Source: a virus (Duplodnaviria; Caudoviricetes). Taken from it: a DNA stretch of 64,000 nucleotides. Under the pieces are notes generated by a model that worked only from the letters and a program-made list of their open reading frames with translations, was not told the DNA's origin and made no database searches. The DNA lies in IMG/VR virus record IMGVR_UViG_3300021399_000003, positions 1 to 64,000 of that record; one strand, given 5' to 3'. The first letter of the stretch is position 1; the number at the start of each line of letters is the position of its first letter. This document shows, piece by piece, positions 50,043-58,355 of this stretch. A program made the translations under genes and the position numbers.

Positions 50043-50071
50043 ATTATATTATAAATTTAGAAAAAAGTCAA
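50043..50071 (-). promoter_or_regulatory. sigma-A type promoter
   Basis: TTGACT-17-TATAAT. Confidence 0.85.
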
Positions 50072-50072
50072 A

Positions 50073-50474
50073 TTATTCAGAATCTTCTTCATTTAATTCT
50101 ATATCTTCCTTAATTTCAAATAAATTTTCTGCGAGTTCTGCAGTTTCAGAAGCGTCAGCATTATTAATTTGATCTAGCTTAGGAATGATATCAATCTTAT
50201 ATCCTTGTAGGGCTTTTTGCTCACTCTTAATACGGGCATCTAGTTGATTGGTGACAATAATCGCACCAACAAGTAAACGAGCATAATCAGCCTTATCTAA
50301 TGCCTCGTCAGTTCCTAGCTTATCATGTAAATTAAGGAAATCATTTCGCATTGTTTCTGCGGTTTGATAGCCTTTTTCTTCGTTATTCTTCTTATGCTCT
50401 TCCATTACTTGTTCTGCTAGGTTAGCAGTAGTCTGAGCAATCAAAGTAAATAATTCTACATATCTCTTATCCAT
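50073..50474 (-). CDS. hypothetical helical protein
   Basis: 133 aa, SD GGAG, downstream of gyrA. Confidence 0.65.
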   Translation of the reverse strand: MDKRYVELFTLIAQTTANLAEQVMEEHKKNNEEKGYQTAETMRNDFLNLHDKLGTDEALDKADYARLLVGAIIVTNQLDARIKSEQKALQGYKIDIIPKLDQINNADASETAELAENLFEIKEDIELNEEDSE

Positions 50475-50486
50475 ATTATTTCTCCA

Positions 50487-52874
50487 TTACATAATTTCAA
50501 TTCCACTTTCTACTCCGCGCGCATCAATAATGCGAATTCCACTAGTTACGCGGTTTTGAATGGGAATAGAATCAACATTTAATAAAACCGCTTTATTATT
50601 GGTAGTAATAAATATCTTTTCTTGTGTTTCGGGCACAGCAAATACTGTTGCTAAAGTTTCTATCTTTAAATCCATTACTTGTGGGCCTTTAATCGCGCGA
50701 CTAGTCATATTGAAATCTTCTATCCTAGTAATTTTACCTTTACCAGTAGTAGTAATAGTTAAAAGACCACGATAGTTTATGTCTTTCTTTACTAGGGTCG
50801 CCGCACAAATAGTTTCAGTTGTTCCTAACTTAATGGCCTTAACGCCCTTAGTCATTCTTCCAGTAGTAGAAACCTCGCCAATTTCATAGAAGTTATAATT
50901 ACCAGCACTACCCGTAATAAAAATCTTGTCTTCATCGTTCATAGAAAGATATACTCCGACAAGCCTATCGTCAGTATCTAGCTTCATTACAGCAGTGCCC
51001 TTCTTAGCCCGCACATTATATTCACGAGTAACTGTCTTTTTAATATAACCTTTCTTACTTATGGTTACTAAATTATGATATGCATTGAAGGAAGTTGTAT
51101 CTATTAGTAGCAGGACTTTTTCATTATCTTGTAGAACAATTAGTTCATAAACAGAATAGTCCTTTCCATAATCTAAATCAGCCAAAGAAAAATTATACAT
51201 ACGACCAGCATTGGTGAATGCGGCAACAACTCCAAGGTTGGTTGTATACAAAGTATTGATTAGGTTCGCACCCTTCGGAGGCTTAATATTTACACCCTTT
51301 CGCCCACGTTTTCCACCCTGTAAATCTTCTTTCTTAACAAGACGCAACATATTGTTATCAAATAACATTACGCCGACTTCTTCTTCTTGAATTTGCTGTT
51401 CCTCGTTATCTTCATTCTCTACAATATTTAAAATCTTAGTACGACGAGCGTCGCCATATTTATCAGCCACTATCTGTAGTATTTTAATTAGTTCATTGTT
51501 CAAAGCGGTAGTATCAGATAATAAGTGGCGATACTCCTCTATTTTTCTTTTAAGTTCTTCTAGTTCATCATTTAATTTGATAGCATCTATTTTTGTTAAT
51601 GAAGAAAGCTTCATAGCGAGAATTGCCTTTGTTTGTTCTTCATTAAACTTAAAACGAGCAATAAGTTTTTCAGATGCTTCTGCTGGATTTTGAGAAGAGC
51701 GAATAATCGCGACAACTTCATCAATAGAGGCCGCCGCAAGAATAAGTCCTTCTACTACATTTTCGCGTGCGAGTGCTTTATCTAAATCAAATTGAATAAT
51801 GTTGCGCTTACATTCACGAATGTGGGTTATGTAGGCATCACATGCTTCGCGCCAACCAAATACTTTTGGAAAGCGTCCATTATCCAGTAGAATCATATTA
51901 ATAGCATACCAATTCTCAAGTCTTGTATCCTTGTAAAGCTTGGCTATCATTCGCTTTGGATTTGCGCCTTTTGAAAGATAAATACGAATATCGGCTATTT
52001 TCTTGGTATGGTCTACAACTCGTTCTATTCCATAACTTTCATTTTCATTTGTAAGGGCGGCTAGCTGGTCAATAATAGTGTTTGTAAAGACACCATAAGG
52101 TAGTTCAGTAGCCTGAATCATATGCTGGTCGGGGAAATATTCAAGTTTTGCCTTTAAACGAATAGATTCGCCCTTACCGTTTTTTAAGCTTTCGCGCACC
52201 GCTTTAGCATTTGTAATTGTTCCACCTGTTGCGAAATCAGGAGCACAATAAATTTCATTAAAACTTACATTGGGATTCTGAATAATTTTGATTAGTGCCT
52301 CGTTGACTTCGCGCAGATTGAATTGAGGAACTGACGTGGCCATTGCAACCGCAATACCAGAACATCCATTTACAATATTCCAAAATCCAATAGAAGGCAA
52401 TACAGAAGGAATCATTTCTGTATCGTCATAATTAGAATACCATTGTTCTCCGATAGCGTTTTTCTTTAAACCAGCAAAGAAATAATCTGCCATTTCACCA
52501 GCACGCATTTCAACATAACGTGCGGCCGCATGGCTATCTGGGGAAGATGGATTGCCATAGTTGCCTTGAACTTCTTCAATCGGATAACGATATGACCACG
52601 GACGAGCGGTTCGTATGAAAGTATCATACATTGCTACATCACCATGGACATATGACTGAGCCATTGCCGCGGCAACAGACTTTTGTGCTTTCTGAAATTT
52701 ATCTTTATGTGTTATCTTATTAGAAAATTGAGCGTACAATCCTTGACGTAAGCCAATCTTTAGAAAATCCCTAGCATCCGGTATTGCACGTTCCTGTGCC
52801 ACCGAAGCGGCGTAAGTCAAGAAAGCTCCTTCAATTTGTTTTTGAAAATCAGTTTCGTAAATCAAATTGTTCAC
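50487..52874 (-). CDS. gyrA: type IIA topoisomerase subunit A (GyrA/ParC)
   Basis: RAIPDARD, HGD, QGNYG, AAARY active-site Tyr, PDFATGG, C-terminal beta-pinwheel blades; start may be TTG at 52865. Confidence 0.93.
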   Translation of the reverse strand: MNNLIYETDFQKQIEGAFLTYAASVAQERAIPDARDFLKIGLRQGLYAQFSNKITHKDKFQKAQKSVAAAMAQSYVHGDVAMYDTFIRTARPWSYRYPIEEVQGNYGNPSSPDSHAAARYVEMRAGEMADYFFAGLKKNAIGEQWYSNYDDTEMIPSVLPSIGFWNIVNGCSGIAVAMATSVPQFNLREVNEALIKIIQNPNVSFNEIYCAPDFATGGTITNAKAVRESLKNGKGESIRLKAKLEYFPDQHMIQATELPYGVFTNTIIDQLAALTNENESYGIERVVDHTKKIADIRIYLSKGANPKRMIAKLYKDTRLENWYAINMILLDNGRFPKVFGWREACDAYITHIRECKRNIIQFDLDKALARENVVEGLILAAASIDEVVAIIRSSQNPAEASEKLIARFKFNEEQTKAILAMKLSSLTKIDAIKLNDELEELKRKIEEYRHLLSDTTALNNELIKILQIVADKYGDARRTKILNIVENEDNEEQQIQEEEVGVMLFDNNMLRLVKKEDLQGGKRGRKGVNIKPPKGANLINTLYTTNLGVVAAFTNAGRMYNFSLADLDYGKDYSVYELIVLQDNEKVLLLIDTTSFNAYHNLVTISKKGYIKKTVTREYNVRAKKGTAVMKLDTDDRLVGVYLSMNDEDKIFITGSAGNYNFYEIGEVSTTGRMTKGVKAIKLGTTETICAATLVKKDINYRGLLTITTTGKGKITRIEDFNMTSRAIKGPQVMDLKIETLATVFAVPETQEKIFITTNNKAVLLNVDSIPIQNRVTSGIRIIDARGVESGIEIM

Positions 52875-52894
52875 TTCCTTTTCTTATTTATTAT

Positions 52895-52923
52895 ATTATA
52901 GCATAATTTTAAAGAGAAGTCAA
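52895..52923 (-). promoter_or_regulatory. sigma-A type promoter for gyrA
   Basis: TTGACT-17-TATAAT with extended TG. Confidence 0.85.
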
Positions 52924-53082
52924 TTATTTAAAAAGCTCTGGAGCATAGTGCTCTAATGCCTGATAAATACGAAAGACCGGAATTAGTCTTCCACCATTTG
53001 TATAAATTTGTTCGTTATCAAAGAAACTATAATCGTCTATAAATTCGTTAATAGTTTCAGGAAAAATCATCATATCTGCCAT
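52924..53082 (-). CDS. small hypothetical protein (52 aa, not in ORF track)
   Basis: MADMMIFPETINEFIDDYSFFDNEQIYTNGGRLIPVFRIYQALEHY...; SD GAGG. Confidence 0.6.
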   Translation of the reverse strand: MADMMIFPETINEFIDDYSFFDNEQIYTNGGRLIPVFRIYQALEHYAPELFK

Positions 53083-53092
53083 ATTATTAGCC

Positions 53093-53230
53093 TCATTTTA
53101 TTTTTTCATTTAATTCTTTGAAAATTTTCCATAAGCACTTAAAATTGCCTTCTTCATCTTTTATTGAAATATTGTAGAATTGACACATTCTATAAAATAA
53201 ATTTTCCCAATCATCTAATAAATCAAACAT
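53093..53230 (-). CDS. small hypothetical protein (45 aa, not in ORF track)
   Basis: MFDLLDDWENLFYRMCQFYNISIKDEEGNFKCLWKIFKELNEKIK fills the gap after gyrB. Confidence 0.45.
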   Translation of the reverse strand: MFDLLDDWENLFYRMCQFYNISIKDEEGNFKCLWKIFKELNEKIK

Positions 53231-53251
53231 ATTTCCATCCAAAATTATTTT

Positions 53252-55114
53252 TTAATTATTAAGAATACTAAAATCAACATTCTCAAATAGAAATTCTCTT
53301 CTCGGTTCAACATCAATACCCATAAGCATCTTTAAACTTTCAGCCGCGGCTTCAACATCTTTCATAGAGAGAATTTCAAGACGACGATTTTGTGGATGAA
53401 GCATAGACTGCTCCATATCTTCTGGATTGAGCTCTCCCAAGCCCTTCGCTCTTGTGATGTCCCAACTTTCGTGGCCTTTACGCACTTGCGCTAATTCATT
53501 ATCATCATAAGCAAACAAACGATTATTTCCTTTCTGAAGCTTGTAGAGCGGTGCACGCAACCAACAAAGTCTATTTTCAAGAATAAATTCCGGCATTAAT
53601 ACATAGAACATTGTTGCTACAAGACACATAATGTTATAGCCGTCAACATCAGCATCAACCGCGATAGCAACCTTACCATAATTTAACTTTTTACTATTAT
53701 ATCGGTTTTGAATGCCGCAACCAAGAGCCATAATAATATCCGAAACTTCCTGATTTTCAAGACATTCATCAAGTGGATGCTTTAATAAATTCTTTACCTT
53801 ACCGCGCACTGCATAAAGGGCTTCTGTATTAACATCGCGTGCAGGAAGCAATCCGCCCAACGCAGAATTACCCTCGCAAACAATTAGCATAGAATCTTGT
53901 CCATGCTTTTCACAATCTTTAAATTTATCAGAAGAAGTAATTTTTTGTTTCTTATGCTCGGTTTCCTTTTTCTCCATATTAAGGACGGCATTGCGGGCTT
54001 TTTCTGCCGCGGCTTCCGCTTTTTCAATTTTCTTTAACATCTCTACAATAGTGGTAAATTCATTATTATATTTAATGTTCATTTCTTTTAAAGCCGCGGT
54101 GAAAGCAGTTGTAGCCAGTGTTCGTAGAGAAGGGTTATTAATCTTGGTTTTTGTTTGGTTAGCAAATGAAGGATTTTCTACTTTACAATTAACTACATAA
54201 AATAGATTTTTACGAATATATTCTCCGTCAAAGTTCTGACCAGATAGATTGTTAAAAGTCTTAGTTATTGCCGCGCGAGCACCAGTTACTGGAGTCCCAA
54301 GTTCGGGGCAACGAAGACCGTTCACGAATACATATGGGGTTTCGCGCTTAGTTCCCCATTGAAACGCGATTTCTATTGTATCTGTTCCATCAGTAGCAGA
54401 ACCAGTAATGATATGTTTTTGTAGCGGCTTTTGAACCATTTCTTTTACAAAATCTACAATTCCTTCTTTCGCACAATAAGTTTTAGTTTCTTTCCCGCAA
54501 GAAACTATAAATTCAATGCCAGGATATAAATATGAAATGTCTTTGATGTCTGTGCAAATACGCTCATAAGAATATCCAATTTCTCCATTGGAAAATACTT
54601 CTGGGTCAGGCTTAAAGCGCACATATGTGCCATTGGCATCTTTTGTGGTTCCTTCTTTATAAGTAACTAAGTTACCCTTTTCAAAAAAGGCACAGGCACA
54701 CTTACCATCACGATTACTTTGAACTTCAAATTTTTCAGAAGATAGACAAGTACAACTAGCACCTAGGCCATTAAGACCACTAGAATTTTTATAAGCATTA
54801 TGATTAAATTTGCCGCCAGTATGAGATTGAGTGTAGACAGAAACTAATACATTTTCACCGTTTTCACGGATACCAAAGGGAACGCCGCGGCCATAATCAC
54901 GCACCATAACGGCATTTTCTTTTTCGTCTACATCAATTTCAATACGCTTGCCGAAACCGGCAAGTGCTTCATCTGTGCTATTATTTATAATTTCCTTTAA
55001 AGCCTGATAAGTTCCTTCTATGTCATCCGACCCTAAATACATCTGAATACGGGTACGAACACCAGTACGAAAATCCAACCTTTCAATGGAGTTAATGTCA
55101 TAATTTTGATTCAC
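53252..55114 (-). CDS. gyrB: type IIA topoisomerase subunit B (GyrB/ParE)
   Basis: EIINNSTDE, DYGRGVP, HTGGKF, GLNGLGAS, EGNSA, VRGK, DADVDG, KGLGE. Confidence 0.93.
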   Translation of the reverse strand: MNQNYDINSIERLDFRTGVRTRIQMYLGSDDIEGTYQALKEIINNSTDEALAGFGKRIEIDVDEKENAVMVRDYGRGVPFGIRENGENVLVSVYTQSHTGGKFNHNAYKNSSGLNGLGASCTCLSSEKFEVQSNRDGKCACAFFEKGNLVTYKEGTTKDANGTYVRFKPDPEVFSNGEIGYSYERICTDIKDISYLYPGIEFIVSCGKETKTYCAKEGIVDFVKEMVQKPLQKHIITGSATDGTDTIEIAFQWGTKRETPYVFVNGLRCPELGTPVTGARAAITKTFNNLSGQNFDGEYIRKNLFYVVNCKVENPSFANQTKTKINNPSLRTLATTAFTAALKEMNIKYNNEFTTIVEMLKKIEKAEAAAEKARNAVLNMEKKETEHKKQKITSSDKFKDCEKHGQDSMLIVCEGNSALGGLLPARDVNTEALYAVRGKVKNLLKHPLDECLENQEVSDIIMALGCGIQNRYNSKKLNYGKVAIAVDADVDGYNIMCLVATMFYVLMPEFILENRLCWLRAPLYKLQKGNNRLFAYDDNELAQVRKGHESWDITRAKGLGELNPEDMEQSMLHPQNRRLEILSMKDVEAAAESLKMLMGIDVEPRREFLFENVDFSILNN

Positions 55115-55140
55115 ATTATCCCTCCTTTTCTTTACATTTA

Positions 55141-55169
55141 ATTATAACATAAAATAAAGAAAAAGTCAA
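55141..55169 (-). promoter_or_regulatory. sigma-A type promoter for gyrB
   Basis: TTGACT-17-TATAAT with extended TG. Confidence 0.85.
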
Positions 55170-55184
55170 CTAATTAGTTGACTT
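55163..55184. repeat. perfect 22-bp palindrome overlapping the gyrB -35 (terminator and/or operator)
   Basis: AAGTCAACTAATTAGTTGACTT equals its own reverse complement. Confidence 0.85.
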
Positions 55185-55572
55185 ATTTATGCCAAGTTTC
55201 TCTAGCCCTTAATCTATATGAATAACGAGTAAATTCTTCTCCGCTCTCTAGGTCTCTTACTAACCAAGCATATCCATCATGTGGAACACGATACCCCAAT
55301 TCTTTAATTAATACACAATTATTATATTCCAATCCGGGTTTTAAATCTAGTTTTGGTAAACCGCCATTTTTACATTTTGGACATGCTTTTGGATAAGAGG
55401 TAAGATTATCTTGACGAACTGCGCCCCAAGGATTGTCTTTATTCTTTCCAGGGTTTTCTCTGCCGCAATATTTACATATTACATTCCAAAGTGGGCCACG
55501 TTGAAAATATTCTGTTGCTTCTTTATTAATACTAATTGGATTATAAGGGCTATATTCACTTATTTTAATCAT
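55183..55572 (-). CDS. Zn-binding protein resembling homing-endonuclease DNA-binding modules
   Basis: WNVICKYCG...VRQDNLTSYPKACPKC followed by a second degenerate unit; no nuclease motif seen. Confidence 0.5.
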   Translation of the reverse strand: MIKISEYSPYNPISINKEATEYFQRGPLWNVICKYCGRENPGKNKDNPWGAVRQDNLTSYPKACPKCKNGGLPKLDLKPGLEYNNCVLIKELGYRVPHDGYAWLVRDLESGEEFTRYSYRLRARETWHK

Positions 55573-55589
55573 TAGATTTATATTTCTCC

Positions 55590-55748
55590 TTATACTATCA
55601 TCGTAATAAAACTTAAAATCGGATGTTCTTTTTCTAATGGTTTAATTCTATTTTCATATATCCATTCTGCTTTTGGATAAGGTCCCCAATTATAGCAATA
55701 ATTAAAGAAAGACCAGTAATTACGTAATTCTTTATATATTTTCCACAT
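55590..55748 (-). CDS. small hypothetical protein (52 aa, not in ORF track)
   Basis: MWKIYKELRNYWSFFNYCYNWGPYPKAEW...; start overlaps upstream stop (TAATG). Confidence 0.45.
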   Translation of the reverse strand: MWKIYKELRNYWSFFNYCYNWGPYPKAEWIYENRIKPLEKEHPILSFITMIV

Positions 55749-56212
55749 TATGTTAATACCGTTTCGCACTCTTTCTGCTGATAAAGTAATAAAGTCGGGT
55801 CAAGAATAATTTCAGCAATCTTTTTAATACTCTCATAAAGATTCTTTTTATTTGTGTTCCAAAAATGAGAGCATCCACAGAAAGTCATTAAAGAAGTTGA
55901 TTCTTCTGTAATTTGAATAACATAAACGATTTTTTTCTTCGCAAAGGCATATCCTTGTTCCCAATTTGTACCGGCTGTGCTATGTCTTCCAAGACTAATC
56001 ATTAGAAAAACATCACAATTATCAATTGCTTCTACATCTTTCCAAAATACTTGTGCACCCCAACTTTCTTGTGACATGTGCCAAGCATCTTCAATTTTAA
56101 GTTCCCAAGGACAATAAACTTCAAAACTCGGCTCATGACGAAGCCAACCAGCAATATTCATCATGGTTGTACGATTTTCAGTATCACAAGGGCCGGCAAG
56201 ATAGATTTTCAT
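55748..56212 (-). CDS. nucleoside 2-deoxyribosyltransferase / nucleotide N-glycosidase family protein
   Basis: KIYLAGP, VYCPWE, FWKDVEAIDNCD, STAGTNWEQGYA, SLM. Confidence 0.8.
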   Translation of the reverse strand: MKIYLAGPCDTENRTTMMNIAGWLRHEPSFEVYCPWELKIEDAWHMSQESWGAQVFWKDVEAIDNCDVFLMISLGRHSTAGTNWEQGYAFAKKKIVYVIQITEESTSLMTFCGCSHFWNTNKKNLYESIKKIAEIILDPTLLLYQQKECETVLT

Positions 56213-56214
56213 AG

Positions 56215-56580
56215 TTACTCCTTCCAAATTTCATTTAAAACATCATAAAGAACTTCTCCAAGTAAATAGCATCGTATAGTACAATCTAGATATCTAGCTA
56301 AATCATTGCTATGCAAATGAGTCAAAATAGTTTTCATTTCAACACCAAATTCTTCACATGCTATCATAGCCTTCTCTAAATTATGCGATAAATATGTTTC
56401 GCAATTATATTCATTATCATAATAATTACCGCCATTACCAGTAATAGAATCATCCGCCCATAGTTCACTATAAAGATAATCTTCAAGGTCAGTACGAAAT
56501 TCCCAGTCATCTAATGTAATATTACGATTAATATAATCTAATATATCTTGTTTCATTTCTGTTCTATAATGGTAACTCAT
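56215..56580 (-). CDS. acidic helical conserved phage protein
   Basis: 121 aa, D/E-rich; DDSITGNG and DCTIRCYLLG motifs. Confidence 0.65.
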   Translation of the reverse strand: MSYHYRTEMKQDILDYINRNITLDDWEFRTDLEDYLYSELWADDSITGNGGNYYDNEYNCETYLSHNLEKAMIACEEFGVEMKTILTHLHSNDLARYLDCTIRCYLLGEVLYDVLNEIWKE

Positions 56581-56717
56581 GATTTACGCTCCATAATTTG
56601 TCTAATTTTTCGTAATTCTCTTTCAATACCATTTAATGAATAAAGAGAAATCCAAGGTAAAATAATACCTAATCCAATTATTGTAATTAGAATAATAATA
56701 ACTATTTCTTCAATCAT
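56577..56717 (-). CDS. small single-pass membrane protein (46 aa, not in ORF track)
   Basis: MIEEIVIIILITIIGLGIILPWISLYSL...; ATGA overlaps at both ends. Confidence 0.55.
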   Translation of the reverse strand: MIEEIVIIILITIIGLGIILPWISLYSLNGIERELRKIRQIMERKS

Positions 56718-57435
56718 GCTATCTCCCATCTACCATCAGGCATAATTTCAAGTATATCTTGGTAAAGTATATTAAATTTTTGGTCATCATATGAACGGTC
56801 AACATGATAATGAGCCATATACCACTTATTAAAAGTAGTAGTCATTCTTACAAACTTTTCGAGAAAGTTTGTAATATCATCATGCGCGTTTTCATAAGGA
56901 AAAAGTTTATCTACAATATAATTTGGGCCACAATGAGTAATTATATTATTAATTTGGAAGTTATGTGCGCGAAGATTGTTTGCGGCATAATCCATTTCAT
57001 TCCAAGTAGGTATCTCTTGCGGCCACCAAGATTTACCTTCCTTACGATAAGCTTTATCTACAGAAGTGGCACCACCCATACAGAAAAAAGTTTGATTATT
57101 AATAGTGAAAATTTCACCATTTTCTATATACATTACATGCGGTCGCACTCTACGAACTTTCGCACCATGCCACTCGGTAATTGGAATCACGCGAAGAAGG
57201 TCATAATTCTCATGATTGCCAAGAACAGAAATTACTGTATAAGGTCTATCTTCAAGCCAATCACACCAATATTTAACTTCGTTTGAACTATCCCAAGTTA
57301 ATCCAGCGTCACCGCAAATGATAACTGTATCTTCTTTATCAAGTTCACGTGAATTGGGCCAATTTTTAAAATTTAGCTTTTTTATATCTATATTAAGGTG
57401 AATATCACCTAACCAGTCACGAAAATTCGTGACAC
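56714..57435 (-). CDS. calcineurin-like metallophosphoesterase, frame interrupted after codon 8 (recoded or pseudogene)
   Basis: SD AAGGAG, GTG start at 57435, MSRIFVTG then TAG; other frame continues DIH...CGDAG...LGNHENY...ITHCGP...AHYH; removing 5 nt gives an intact 238-aa enzyme. Confidence 0.8.
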
Positions 57436-57436
57436 A

Positions 57437-57646
57437 TTAATCATCTCCTTTTTTATCCCATTTTTCACAATGATTAAATTTATTTTCAATCATCCCATAA
57501 CAAACTAAAAATGGACAATTATCTAAATAATAATCGCGCGATTCCATACGATAATAACATCCGTAGCAATTACCATTACAATCCAATGCTTCTTTATCAA
57601 ATTTTTGTAGAAGATTTAGAAGTTGTAGTATTTCGGTCTGTGTCAC
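57437..57646 (-). CDS. small Cys-rich hypothetical protein
   Basis: 69 aa; CNGNCYGC...CPF. Confidence 0.55.
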   Translation of the reverse strand: MTQTEILQLLNLLQKFDKEALDCNGNCYGCYYRMESRDYYLDNCPFLVCYGMIENKFNHCEKWDKKGDD

Positions 57647-57648
57647 TA

Positions 57649-57828
57649 TTAATCTTCCTTTCTTTGATTATAAATGTCATCTCCGCCATAATAACGCGAT
57701 TCCGCGCAACCTTCATTAGCAAAATTAAAAGAGCATCCATAAAAATTAATTATAGTGCCAGTAGTTTCAAACTGTTCCTCAATTATTTTTTTAATTTCTT
57801 CTTCTATATTCATAATATTTTCTGCCAT
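57649..57828 (-). CDS. small hypothetical protein (59 aa, not in ORF track)
   Basis: MAENIMNIEEEIKKIIEETVETTGTIINFYGCSF...; SD GGAGG. Confidence 0.5.
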   Translation of the reverse strand: MAENIMNIEEEIKKIIEEQFETTGTIINFYGCSFNFANEGCAESRYYGGDDIYNQRKED

Positions 57829-57829
57829 G

Positions 57830-58072
57830 TTATCCCTCCCATGAGTATTTTTCTATTTTCTTTGGCTTTTCGTTATACCACTTTTTGCGGGCACCGCAAT
57901 GTGGGCAATAGGAATAAATGTATTTTATCTTTGATTTCCAATAGCCTTCTTCATCTTTTTCATATGAAGAACAAGCATATTGAAAACCGCATTTACAATG
58001 GGCATAAATTGCGACATCTGCATAGTATCGCCGCATTTCCCACCAATGATCAGTTCCTCTTTTCATCTTCAT
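57830..58072 (-). CDS. Zn-ribbon protein
   Basis: HCKCG...YCPHCGAR. Confidence 0.65.
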   Translation of the reverse strand: MKMKRGTDHWWEMRRYYADVAIYAHCKCGFQYACSSYEKDEEGYWKSKIKYIYSYCPHCGARKKWYNEKPKKIEKYSWEG

Positions 58073-58355
58073 TTATTGTTACACTGAAACCTACAATTTC
58101 TAGTCCATAAAATTTGTTGAGCAAATAATCACAAACAGAATCAATATTATCAATAAGCACATCTTTACCTAAAGAAAAATTATCGTTATCTAAATCGCCA
58201 AATCCAATAATTTCTACATCTCTATATCCTAGACTCTTTGCTTTTTCTCGTAAAGCGCGAGAATTAGATGTAAGAATTATATTGTTCTTTTCTCTTGCGG
58301 CTTGAAGTAACTTTATAGTTTTGCCGCTACCGCGAGGTCCAATAATATTAATCAT
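58050..58355 (-). CDS. minimal P-loop NTPase
   Basis: GPRGSGKT Walker A and VLIDN Walker B in only 101 aa. Confidence 0.7.
   Translation of the reverse strand: MINIIGPRGSGKTIKLLQAAREKNNIILTSNSRALREKAKSLGYRDVEIIGFGDLDNDNFSLGKDVLIDNIDSVCDYLLNKFYGLEIVGFSVTINEDEKRN

Noticed and set aside
57511-58110. 199-aa + strand ORF
   Set aside because: Antisense shadow over coupled - strand genes that have SDs; no recognisable motifs.
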